Source: an uncultured delta proteobacterium (GTDB lineage Bacteria > Desulfobacterota > Desulfobacteria > Desulfobacterales > JAFDCJ01). Taken from it: a stretch of DNA of 64,000 nucleotides. The stretch spans positions 328,209 through 392,208 of the forward strand of contig CAVYNY010000016.1 in the NCBI GenBank assembly GCA_963769935.1, read 5' to 3'. Within the stretch, counting starts at the first letter, position 1, and every line of letters begins with the position of its first letter. The position numbers and the translations under genes are program-made. The notes beneath the pieces were generated by a model that saw nothing but the letters and a program-made list of their open reading frames with translations, did no database searches and had not been told where the DNA came from. Of the stretch, positions 54,786 through 64,000 are shown one piece after another.

Positions 54786-55536
54786 TTATCTGAATGTAAA
54801 ATGCAGGCGACTGATGTCGCTGCGGTGACACCCGTAGTAATATTCAAAGGCGCGGCCGTCTGCAAGATAGGCACAGGACTCGATGCCCACCACCGGGGTA
54901 TCAGGAGAAATTTTCAACAGGCCGGCCTGTTTTTCCGTCGGCCGGATGGCTTCAATCCAGCGTTCGGAGGACGCCGGCACCAGCCCGTAGCGTCTTCTCA
55001 GAACATCGTAAATGGACCGATTGCCCAGGTTGACATTTTCGAAACCGCTGACGAGATCAGCCGGAAATGACATGTCAACCAGCAGCCGCGGCGTGTCGCC
55101 GATGTACAACAGTCGACGAATCTGGACGACCCGCTGCGGGCTGGTGAGACGAAGCATCCTCTGTTCCCGCTCGCCGGGGTCGGCCAGTTTCTGCTGGAGG
55201 ATTTTGGTCAGAACCTTGCGGCCCTTGCCGACCATTTCGCCGGAAAAGCCGATATTGGAGCCGGCGTAGTCCTGCTCTTCCCTGCGGCCGGATATGAAGG
55301 TTCCCTTGCCTTGAATACGATAAATAAAACGATCGTGCACCAATTCGCTCAGGGCTTCCCGCACCACGGTACGCGACACGCCGAAAATTTTGCACAGTTC
55401 ATTCTCCGAATAAAGGCGCGAATCCGGCAGAAGTTCTCCGTCTTGAATTTGGCCCTGAAGAATCGATTTCAGCTGCATCCAAAGCGGGCTATCCGCCTCC
55501 CGGTCAATGGACGGCGCAAGGTTTTGATTTTTGCAT
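54786..55536 (-). CDS. GntR/HutC family regulator with UTRA domain (probable 1-nt homopolymer frameshift near the start)
   Basis: LYSENELCKIFGVSRTVVREAL, QGKGTF. Confidence 0.88.
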
Positions 55537-55600
55537 ATTAATATGTTGCACTATCTGCCTTTTTCAAAATTTTAAAATATAGGCCTGGATTTTGCCGATT

Positions 55601-56632
55601 CTAAGACATCCCGGACAAAACAAGCTTGCCGATCATGCTGCCGGATTCGAGCTTTCCATGGGCCCGGCGCAGATTTTCGGCGGTCAGCGGTCCATAGTTT
55701 TCCGTCATGGTAGTCTTCAGCAGCCCCTCATCGAGCATCCGGCCGGCCTCGTTTAAAAGGTCGTGTTGGGCCTGCATGTCGGGGGTTTGAAACAGCGGCC
55801 GCGTGAACATCAACTCCCACATGAAGGCCACGCTCTTGCGCTGGAACACATTGATATTGACGGGCTGGCTGTTTTTGGTTTCCACAATGGCGCAGACCTT
55901 CCCCTGAGGCTTGATGACATCGGCCATGTTCTGGATGTGCATTTCGGTGCTGTTGAAACAAAGAATGTAGTCCACCTCATCGGCGCCGATACGTTTGAAT
56001 TCTTCGGTAAACGGTTCATGGTGGTTGATGATCTCATCGGCCCCGAGTTTACGGCACCACTCGGCCGACTCCCCCCTGGAGGCCGTGGCGATGACGGCCA
56101 GCCCGGCCTTTTTTTTGGCCAACTGAACGGCAATTGAGCCGACGCCGCCCGCCCCGCCGATGATAAGTACCGTGCGATGTGAGTCATCGACCGAAGACGA
56201 CCGGTCAACGCCCAGGCGGTCGAACATGGCTTCCCAGGCGGTGATGGTCGTCAACGGCATCGCGGCGGCCTGCTCGAATGAAAGTGAGACGGGCTTGCGG
56301 CCCACAATGCGTTCGTCAACCAGGTGGTACTGACTGTCGCAACCGGGCCGACTGATATCACCGGCGTAGTAAACTTCATCCCCTGCTTGAAACAAGGAAA
56401 CATCACTGCCGACCGCCTCGACAACGCCGGCGGCGTCCCAACCCAGTATGCGCGGTTTTCTTAGAATGCCTACCTGCCGCGCCCGCACTTTGGTGTCAAC
56501 CGGGTTGACGGACACCGCCTTGACCCGCACGAGCAAATCCCGGCCCTGCGGTTCGGGATCCGGCACCTCGACTGCCAGCAAGCTTGCCGGATCTTCCACC
56601 GGCAGGTACTGGTAAAATCCGATCGCTTTCAT
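55601..56632 (-). CDS. Zinc-binding alcohol dehydrogenase/quinone oxidoreductase family
   Basis: AVSVNPVDTKVR, GWDAAG, IGGAGGVGS. Confidence 0.92.
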   Translation of the reverse strand: MKAIGFYQYLPVEDPASLLAVEVPDPEPQGRDLLVRVKAVSVNPVDTKVRARQVGILRKPRILGWDAAGVVEAVGSDVSLFQAGDEVYYAGDISRPGCDSQYHLVDERIVGRKPVSLSFEQAAAMPLTTITAWEAMFDRLGVDRSSSVDDSHRTVLIIGGAGGVGSIAVQLAKKKAGLAVIATASRGESAEWCRKLGADEIINHHEPFTEEFKRIGADEVDYILCFNSTEMHIQNMADVIKPQGKVCAIVETKNSQPVNINVFQRKSVAFMWELMFTRPLFQTPDMQAQHDLLNEAGRMLDEGLLKTTMTENYGPLTAENLRRAHGKLESGSMIGKLVLSGMS

Positions 56633-56922
56633 GGGTCTAACCTCCTTGGCCTATGAAACACATAAGTCTCTAGAAAGAGGACGTGCCCTCGTATGACTAA
56701 GTCTTATGCACTTTTCATAGTTTATCCGGGTGCCGGTTCAGCCAACTGCAGAGTCCGGTAGAGCTCGCAGAGATTATTTAGAATTCTCCTTTTAATCGCA
56801 TTCGGACTTTCTCGGCGTTCTCTGCGGTGAACTATTATGTTTTCTTTTCGATCAAACTGGTCGCCACCGGCCGCCGGCGGCGGGGCTAACATCAATTTGA
56901 GCGAATACAGCTCAATTTGAGG

Positions 56923-57805
56923 CTATCGCTCCTGCTTTAAGGTGTTGTATAAGTCGAATGCCTTCTGCGGGGTTTCATTTTCGTGGACCACGGCTTTGAC
57001 GGCCTGGATCATGGCGACCGGGGCATCGGACTGAAAGATATTGCGGCCCATGTCGACGCCGGCGGCACCCTGCTGGACGGCATTATAGGCCATGGTGAGC
57101 GCGTCTTTTTCCGGAATCTTTTTGCCGCCCGCCATGACGATGGGCACCGGGCAGGAAGCGGTTACCGTTTCAAATCCTTCGTCAATATAGTAAGACTTGA
57201 CATATATGGGCGCCAAGTTCGGCACAGATGCGGGTTGCCAGCCGGAAATAGCGCGCATCCCGGGCCATGTCTTTGCCGACCGCCGTCACCGCCAGGGTCG
57301 GGATGCCGTAGCGGGTTCCCTGATCCACCATCTTGGTCATGTTGATGATGGACTGCCGCTCATATTCCCCGCCGATGAACACCTGCACCGCCATGGCACA
57401 CACGTTCATGCGAATGGAATCCTCGATATCCACGGCTATTTCCTCGTTGGAAAGCTCTTTTAGGATGCTGGTTCCGCCCGAAACCCGCATGACGATCGAT
57501 TGTGAAATCGATGGCGGCACAATCGTTCTGAGGATGCCCCGCGTCAGCATCAGAGTATCCGCATACGGCACCAGGGGCAGAATGTTGAGATCGATCCTTT
57601 CAAGGCCGGTGGTCGGTCCCTGAAAATAGCCGTGATCGATGGCCAGCATGACGGTGCGCCCGGATTTGGGATTGAAGATGCGGCTGAGCCGGTTTTTCAT
57701 GCCCCAGTCCAGGGAATTGGATCCTTTCAGAAAGAACCCTTCGGTCTTCTGGGGGATATCGCTATAGTATTTTTTTCCTTCTTTCAATTCATCAACATCC
57801 GGCAT
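56923..57805 (-). CDS. lsrF: LsrF-like thiolase/class I aldolase (frameshift near 57200)
   Basis: [17 protein letters not shown], VKx[15 protein letters not shown]. Confidence 0.88.
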
Positions 57806-57909
57806 GGTTTTTCCTCCTTTTTTATTTAATTTATATTTAGGTTAAAAATTAATATGACCAACTCTAATATGCACCGGCATAAGCCATAAGCTTTTGCCGA
57901 TTTTCGCCT

Positions 57910-58727
57910 TTAGCCCGATTTCCCGTCTTCCATTCCGATACTCAATCCGATCAGCTGTGAAATAAGAACCGCCGGAATAATCCGATCACCATTTTGCGGG
58001 ATAAATTCGGATTGATTCTTTTGTTCGAACTGCATCTGACAGTAAGTGCACGCCGTGCATACAAAATCAGCCCCGGCCTGTTTGGCATTCAACAATTTTC
58101 TTTGCATCTGCTTCAGGGCAAGCTTCCGGTTTTTGTCCCATTGCGGATTCCCGCAGCATTCCGTGCTCATCGACCAGAAAACACTCTCGGCACCCGTCAG
58201 CGCCACCAGGTCATTAAAAATACCGGGAGCCAGCGGGTTGTCGAACCGGGTCACATTGCCGGGTCGCAGGGCATGGCAGCCGGTATGGACGGCCACTTTT
58301 AAACCTTCAAACGGATTGACGACCGCAGCGCGCAGCGCGTTGACGCCGACATCCTGGTGCAGAACCGTCAAAAGGTGCCTGACGGTTATACGGCCCTCCC
58401 ACCGCAGCCCTTCCGGTCGAAGCATGGCATTGATTTGATCTTTTATTCCCCGCGCTGTTTTAAATAGTGTTCAACAAATTTAAGACTCCCGAAGCAGCAC
58501 TTGCAGGGCGTTACAATGTCGGTGTTTTTCTGCTCGGCCAGGGCCAGATTCCGGGCACCCGCAAGCAGAAACGACTGAAAATCGATATCGCGCACCGGAT
58601 AGCCGCAGCAATTAAATTCCAAGTCCAGCAGATCGATGCCGAATCTGTTCAGCAGCGCCAGCGCTGAGTCGCCGTATTCCGGCAGAAAATAGGGAATTTT
58701 GCAGCCCGCAAAAAAGCTATATGCCAT
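57910..58727 (-). CDS. Heterodisulfide reductase subunit B-like CCG protein (frameshift near 58445)
   Basis: FAGC, NCCGYP, PCKCC, HTGCH, ECCG, ACTYC. Confidence 0.85.
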
Positions 58728-58834
58728 TCACATCTTCCTTAACTATTTGATAGCATAGAATAGCGCAAATCGGTTCATATCTTCAATCTTCGACTGCATT
58801 GCTTCGACCCTCATCGAATGATATCGACATTCGC

Positions 58835-59915
58835 CTATGAATGATACTGGCGCTTTAGGTTCTTTAATTCTTTATACCCTTTATTCCTTAGCTCATACAT
58901 CATTTCGGCAACCGGAATCTGTTTGGGGCAATGCTCCTGGCATTTAAAGCACATAAAACAATCCCAGGCCATCTTCGAATTCACCACCCGATCCGTGATG
59001 CCAAGCCGATAGGCATTCACAATCTGCTGGGGCGTCAAATCCAGATACCCCATCAGCTGCGGGTCCTGCTGATAATCGGCGACCACCGGGCACACATTGG
59101 TGCAGGTGCCGCATTGAATACAGGCCGCAAAGGAGGCCGGGTGGCCGGAATAATCCAGCAAACAGGGCTCAGGATCGGCTGCAGCAGAAGATTTCCGGCC
59201 GGGCCGGGAGTCCGGTTGCCCGAAACGCAACCCCGTTGCGCACTTGCCGATAGGGCGCCGACGGCCCCTCGATGCCAGGTCGTCTTTGGAAGCCAGCCAC
59301 AGGTCCTGCAAATTTATCCCGGCCGGGCAAACCTGGGTGCAGCGATAACATTCGGTACAGATAAAGCTGCCTTCATTAAAATCTGACAATTCGAAATCGG
59401 TTGCCGACCTTTTTTGAACATATTTTTTTAATGACCCCAGTTTATGGGAAGGCAGAATGTTCGGATTTCCCAGTGCACGATTGATCGGCTTCACCGAGCA
59501 ATGCAGGCTGCATTGACCGCAGTTCATGCACGCATCCAGGGAGATGACGCGCCGGGTGATCCGGTTGGCCGGTTGCATGGCGCCGTTATCTTCCAGGCTG
59601 CGCACCATTAAGCTGACCGAACTGGTGAAAAGATGCATAAACTTGCTGAAAGGCAAATAGGCCAGCATCGCAAAGCAGCATAGAAAATGAACCTGCCACA
59701 GGATAAGATCGAGTCGAATCGAATTTGCCCAGACTCCGGCCGGTTTGATTATGCGGCTGAGCGGTTTCGATACAAAGGCCGCGGAGGGTCGGGCATGACA
59801 GTCGGCACAGTTTTCCTGATGAACCTCCCGGCCGGCTTAGATGAGGTCCGGGTCGCTTAAATCAGGCGCAGCGGCAAAAACCACGCCGTAATATTTGGCC
59901 CAATAGCTCTGCAAG
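58835..59915 (-). CDS. HdrC-like 4Fe-4S dicluster membrane protein with CxxCH, 5'-truncated at the fold-back point
   Basis: CADCH, YLPFSKFMHLF, four CxxCxxCxxxC motifs. Confidence 0.78.
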
Positions 59916-59919
59916 GCCG

Positions 59920-61100
59920 AGCTATTCGGCAATTGCTCCGCGGTCGTGGTTTTTCACCGCTGCGCCTATTTAAGCGACCCGGACCTCATCGAAGCCGGCC
60001 GGGAGGTTCATCAGGAAAGCTGTGCCGAATGTCATGCCCGGCCCTCCGCCGCATTTATATCGAATCCAATCAGCCAAATGATCAAACCGGCCGGCGTTGG
60101 GCAAATTCGATTCGACTCGATCTTATCCTGTGGCAAGTTCATTTTTTGTGCTGCTTTGCGATGCTGGCCTATTTGCCTTTCAGCAAGTTTATGCATCTTT
60201 CACCAGTTCGATCAGCTTAATGGTGCGCAGCCTGGAAGATAGCGGCGCTTTGCAGCCGGCCAACCGGATCACCCGGCGCGTCATCTCCCTGGATGCGTGC
60301 ATGAACTGCGGTCAATGCAGCCTGCATTGTTCGGTGGAACCGATCAATCGTGCGCTGGGGAACCCGAACATTCTGCCTTCCCATAAACTGGGGTCATTAA
60401 AAAAATATGTTCAAAAAAAGCCGGCAACGATCTCGAACTGTCCGATTTTAATGAAGGCAGCTTTATTTGTACCGAATGTTATCGCTGCACGCAGGTTTGT
60501 CCGGCCGGTATAAATTTGCAGGACCTGTGGCTGGCGTCCAAAGACGACCTGGCATTGAGGGGCCGTCGGCGCCCTATCAGCAGGTGCGAAACGGGGTTGC
60601 TTCGGGCGGCCGGACCACAATCCGGCAGGGAATCTGTCTGCTGCCGCCGATCCGAGCCGTGTTTTCTGGATTATTCCGGCAGCCCGGCGTCCTTTGCGGC
60701 CTGTATTCAATGCGGAACCTGCACCAATGTATGCCCGGTGGTCGCCGATTATCAGCAGGACCCGCAGCTGATGGGTTATCTGGATTTGACGCCCCAGCAG
60801 ATTGTGAATGCCTATCGACTTGGCATCACGGATCGGGTGTTGAATTCGAAGATGGCCTGGGATTGTTTTATGTGCTTTAAATGCCAGGAGCATTGCCCAA
60901 AAGAGATTCCGGTGGCCGAAATGATGTATGAGCTAAGAAACAGAGGGTATAAAGAATTGAGGAAGGCTGAAGCGGCTCAGAGGGATATGATAGGTGATGT
61001 CTACATGTTGATTAGTCGGATAGGAAGGTCGAAGCAAGAATACGTATCTGAAGCATATCAACTCAATCTGTCGCCTAATCCAATCAACCCAAATCAGTGA
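59920..61100 (+). pseudogene. Second copy of the HdrC-like gene, 5'-truncated, multiple frameshifts
   Basis: CAECH, CMNCGQC, CIQCGTC, CFMCFKC in shifting frames. Confidence 0.75.
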
Positions 61101-61112
61101 AGGAAGATAGTG

Positions 61113-61987
61113 ATGGCATATAGTTTTTTTGCGGGCTGCAAGATCCCCTATTTTCTGCCGGAATACGGCAACTCGGCGCTGGCGCTGCTGAACAGATTCG
61201 GCATCGAACTGCTGGACCTGGAATTTAATTGCTGCGGCTATCCGGTGCGCGATATCGATTTTCAATCGTTTCTGCTTGCGGGTGCCCGGAATCTGGCCCT
61301 TGCCGAGCAGAAAAACACCGACATTGTAACGCCCTGCAAGTGCTGCTTCGGGAGTCTTAAATTTGTTGAACACTATTTAAAACAGCGCGGGGCAATAAAA
61401 GATCAAATCAATGCCATGCTTCGAGCGGAAGGGCTGCAGTGGGAGGGCCGTATAAACGTCCGGCACCTTTTGACGGTCTTGCACCACGATGTCGGTGTCG
61501 ATGCGCTGCGCGCTGCGGTCGTCAATCCGTTTGAGGGTTTAAAAGTGGCCGTCCACACCGGCTGCCATGCCCTGCGACCCGGCAATGTGACCCGGTTCGA
61601 CGACCCGCTGGCTCCCGGTATTTTTAATGATCTTGTGGCGCTGACGGGTGCCGAGAGTGTTTTCTGGTCGATGAGCACGGAATGCTGTGGGAATCCGCAA
61701 TGGGACAAAAACCAGAAGCTGCCCTCAAGCAGATGCAAAGAAAATTGTTGAATGCCAAACAGGCCGGGGCTGATTTTGTGTGCACGGCGTGCACTTACTG
61801 CCAGATGCAATTCGAACAAAAGAATCAATCCGAATTTATGCCGCAAAATGGTGATCGGATTATTCCGGCGGTCCTTATTTCACAGCTGATCGGATTGAGT
61901 ATCGGATTGGAAGACGAGGAATCGGCATCGGCGAAAAATCGGCAAAACTTTTGGCTCATGCCGGCTAATCTAATATCTATGCAATAA
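61113..61987 (+). pseudogene. Second copy of the HdrB-like gene (frameshift near 61720)
   Basis: Near-identical protein to 57910-58727. Confidence 0.8.
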
Positions 61988-62143
61988 AGACGATTAGTGT
62001 AAGATTACTCCGGAATGCCGGAAATGAACACTGATACCGAAAGTTAGCTCTCAGGGTCATTTATCATGGTATTTTGCGATTCGTAAAATGATTCATTAAA
62101 TTGACCTGATAATTACTATCAATCAAAAAAAGGAGGACAAACC

Positions 62144-63018
62144 ATGCCAGATGTTGATGAATTGAAAGAAGGGAAAAAATACTACACGGATATCCCCCAG
62201 AAGACCGAAGGGTTCTTTTTAAAAGGATCCAATTCGCTGGACTGGGGCATGAAAAACAGGCTGGCCGCATCTTCAATCCCAAATCGGGGCGCACGGTCAT
62301 GCTGGCCATTGATCACGGTTATTTTCAGGGGCCGACCACCGGTCTTGAACGGATCGATCTAACATTCTGCCCCTGGTGCGTATGCGGACACTCTGATGCT
62401 GACGCGCGGCATTCTCAGAACGATTGTGCCGCCATCGATTTCACAATCGATCGTCATGCGGGTATTCGGCCGGGACAAGATCCTCAAGGAGCTTTCCAAC
62501 GAGGAAATCGCCGTGGATATCGAGGAGCCATGCGCATGAACGTGTGCGCCATGGCGGTGCAGGTGTCCATCGGCGGCGAATATGAGCGGCAGTCCATCAT
62601 CAACATGACCCGGATGGTGGATCTGGGGCTCCGCTACGGCATTCCGACCCTGGCGGTCACCGCGGTCGGCAAAGACATGGCCCGCGATGCGCGCTATTTC
62701 CGGCTGGCAACCCGCATCTGTGCCGAACTTGGCGCCCATTACGTCAAGACCTACTATGTTGACGAAGGATTTGAAACGGTAACCGCCTCATGCCCGGTGC
62801 CCATCGTCATGGCCGGCGGCAAAAAAATTCCTGAACTGGACGCGCTTACAATGGCCTACAATGCCATCCAGCAGGGTGCATCCGGCGTCGATATGGGCCG
62901 AAACATTTTTCAGCCGAAGCCGGTAGCCATGATCCAGGCGGTCAAAGCCGTGGTCCACGACAATGAAACCCCGCAAAAGGCTTTCGACTTATACAACACC
63001 TTAAAGCAGGAGCGATAA
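62144..63018 (+). pseudogene. lsrF: Second copy of lsrF, multiple frameshifts
   Basis: Near-identical to 56923-57805. Confidence 0.8.
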
Positions 63019-63269
63019 TATCTAATTGAGCTCTAATACGCTTAATTAGGAATGTCCAAATAATAGTTCGCAGAGAAGGCGAGAATTTGTGAATGGATAT
63101 GAAAGAAATTATGAATAATCTCCCTCGGTCTTGCTAATTCTAATTTAAAATGGACAAAAATAGAAAAGTTATGAATTCATAAGTTTCATACAATTTCTCT
63201 CACCAGGTAAGATTGATAAATTTTAAAAAAAATGTATTCATAAACGTCAGACCAAGGAAGGAAAGACCC

Positions 63270-64000
63270 ATGAAAGCGATCGGTTTTTATCGGTACTTGC
63301 CGGTGGAAGATCCGGAAAGTTTAGTGGAAGTCGAGGTGCCGGATCCTGAACCGCAGGGCAGGGATTTGCTCGTGCGGGTCAAAGCGGTGTCGGTCAACCC
63401 GGTTGACATTAAAGTTCGTTCGCGGCTGGAAGGCGTTCAGACGGAGCCGCGTATAATGGGTTGGGACGCCGCCGGGGTGGTCGAGAAGATCGGCAGTGAT
63501 GTTTCCCTGTTTAAGGCAGGGGATGAAGTTTATTACGCCGGTGATATCACTCGGCCGGGTTGCAACAGTCAATACCACCTGGTTGACGAACGCATCGTCG
63601 GACGCAAACCAACCTCCCTCTCATTTGAACAGGCCGCCGCGATGCCGTTGACGACCATCACCGCCTGGGAAGCAATCTTTGACCGGTTGGGTGTTGACCT
63701 CGTCTTCGGTCAGCAGGACTCACAACGATCGGTCCTTGTCATCGGTGGTGCGGGCGGCGTCGGCTCGATTGCCATTCAGCTGGCAAAAAAGATGGCCGGG
63801 CTGGCGTCATCGCTACGGCTTCCAGAGGTGAATCCGCCCAGTGGTGCGCAACTCGGGGCCGATGAGATCATCAATCATCATAAGCCCTTTGGCGAAGAAT
63901 TCAAACGGATCGGCGCCGATGAGGTGGATTACATTCTTTCCTTCAACAGCACCGAAATGCGGCAACTGTCCACCAATGTGGTCAAAGCCAGCGAATGTTG
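63270..64000 (+). pseudogene. Second copy of the zinc-binding ADH family gene, frameshifted and running off the window
   Basis: ATGAAAGCGATCGG start mirrors 56632; sequence mirrors 55915-56632. Confidence 0.8.

Larger units (their letters stand above)
55915..64000. repeat. Large inverted duplication centred at about 59915 (arms at least 4 kb, runs off the window)
   Basis: Mirror gene order ADH-lsrF-hdrB-hdrC | hdrC-hdrB-lsrF-ADH with high nucleotide similarity. Confidence 0.95.

Noticed and set aside
28462..58727. Programmed frameshifting in the HD protein, tamB, gntR, lsrF and hdrB genes
   Set aside because: Indels are scattered through unrelated genes and, for lsrF and hdrB, absent in the duplicate copy; sequencing error is more likely.
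1..64000. tRNA or rRNA genes, prophage genes, intact transposases
   Set aside because: None recognised by eye; a tRNAscan/HMM run would be needed to exclude them formally.

Overview
Chromosomal segment that looks like a sulfate-reducing deltaproteobacterium (Desulfobacterales-like, inferred from HdrB/HdrC-like genes, a CFI-box surface protein and intergenic repeat style). It carries many single-base frameshifts, suggesting error-prone long-read consensus and/or gene decay. The region 2.4-25.5 kb is accessory. It contains a 936-aa membrane protein that fuses a TIR/NDT-like Rossmann domain, HEAT repeats and a full-length but GTPase-dead EF-Tu copy (the most unusual feature). It also contains a decayed integron (internally deleted intI, attI, several degenerate minus-strand attC sites) with cassette-like genes and three toxin-antitoxin modules. 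The region 26-55 kb is mostly housekeeping. It includes several deletion-fused gene remnants, a sigma-54 promoter plus c-di-GMP-I riboswitch controlling a large PKD-repeat surface protein, TamAB, an S1P-lyase-like gene and a diguanylate cyclase. The region 55.9-64 kb is a roughly 4-kb-per-arm inverted duplication folding back at about 59.92 kb, probably an assembly artefact. All product calls come from reading motifs by eye; no searches were run.
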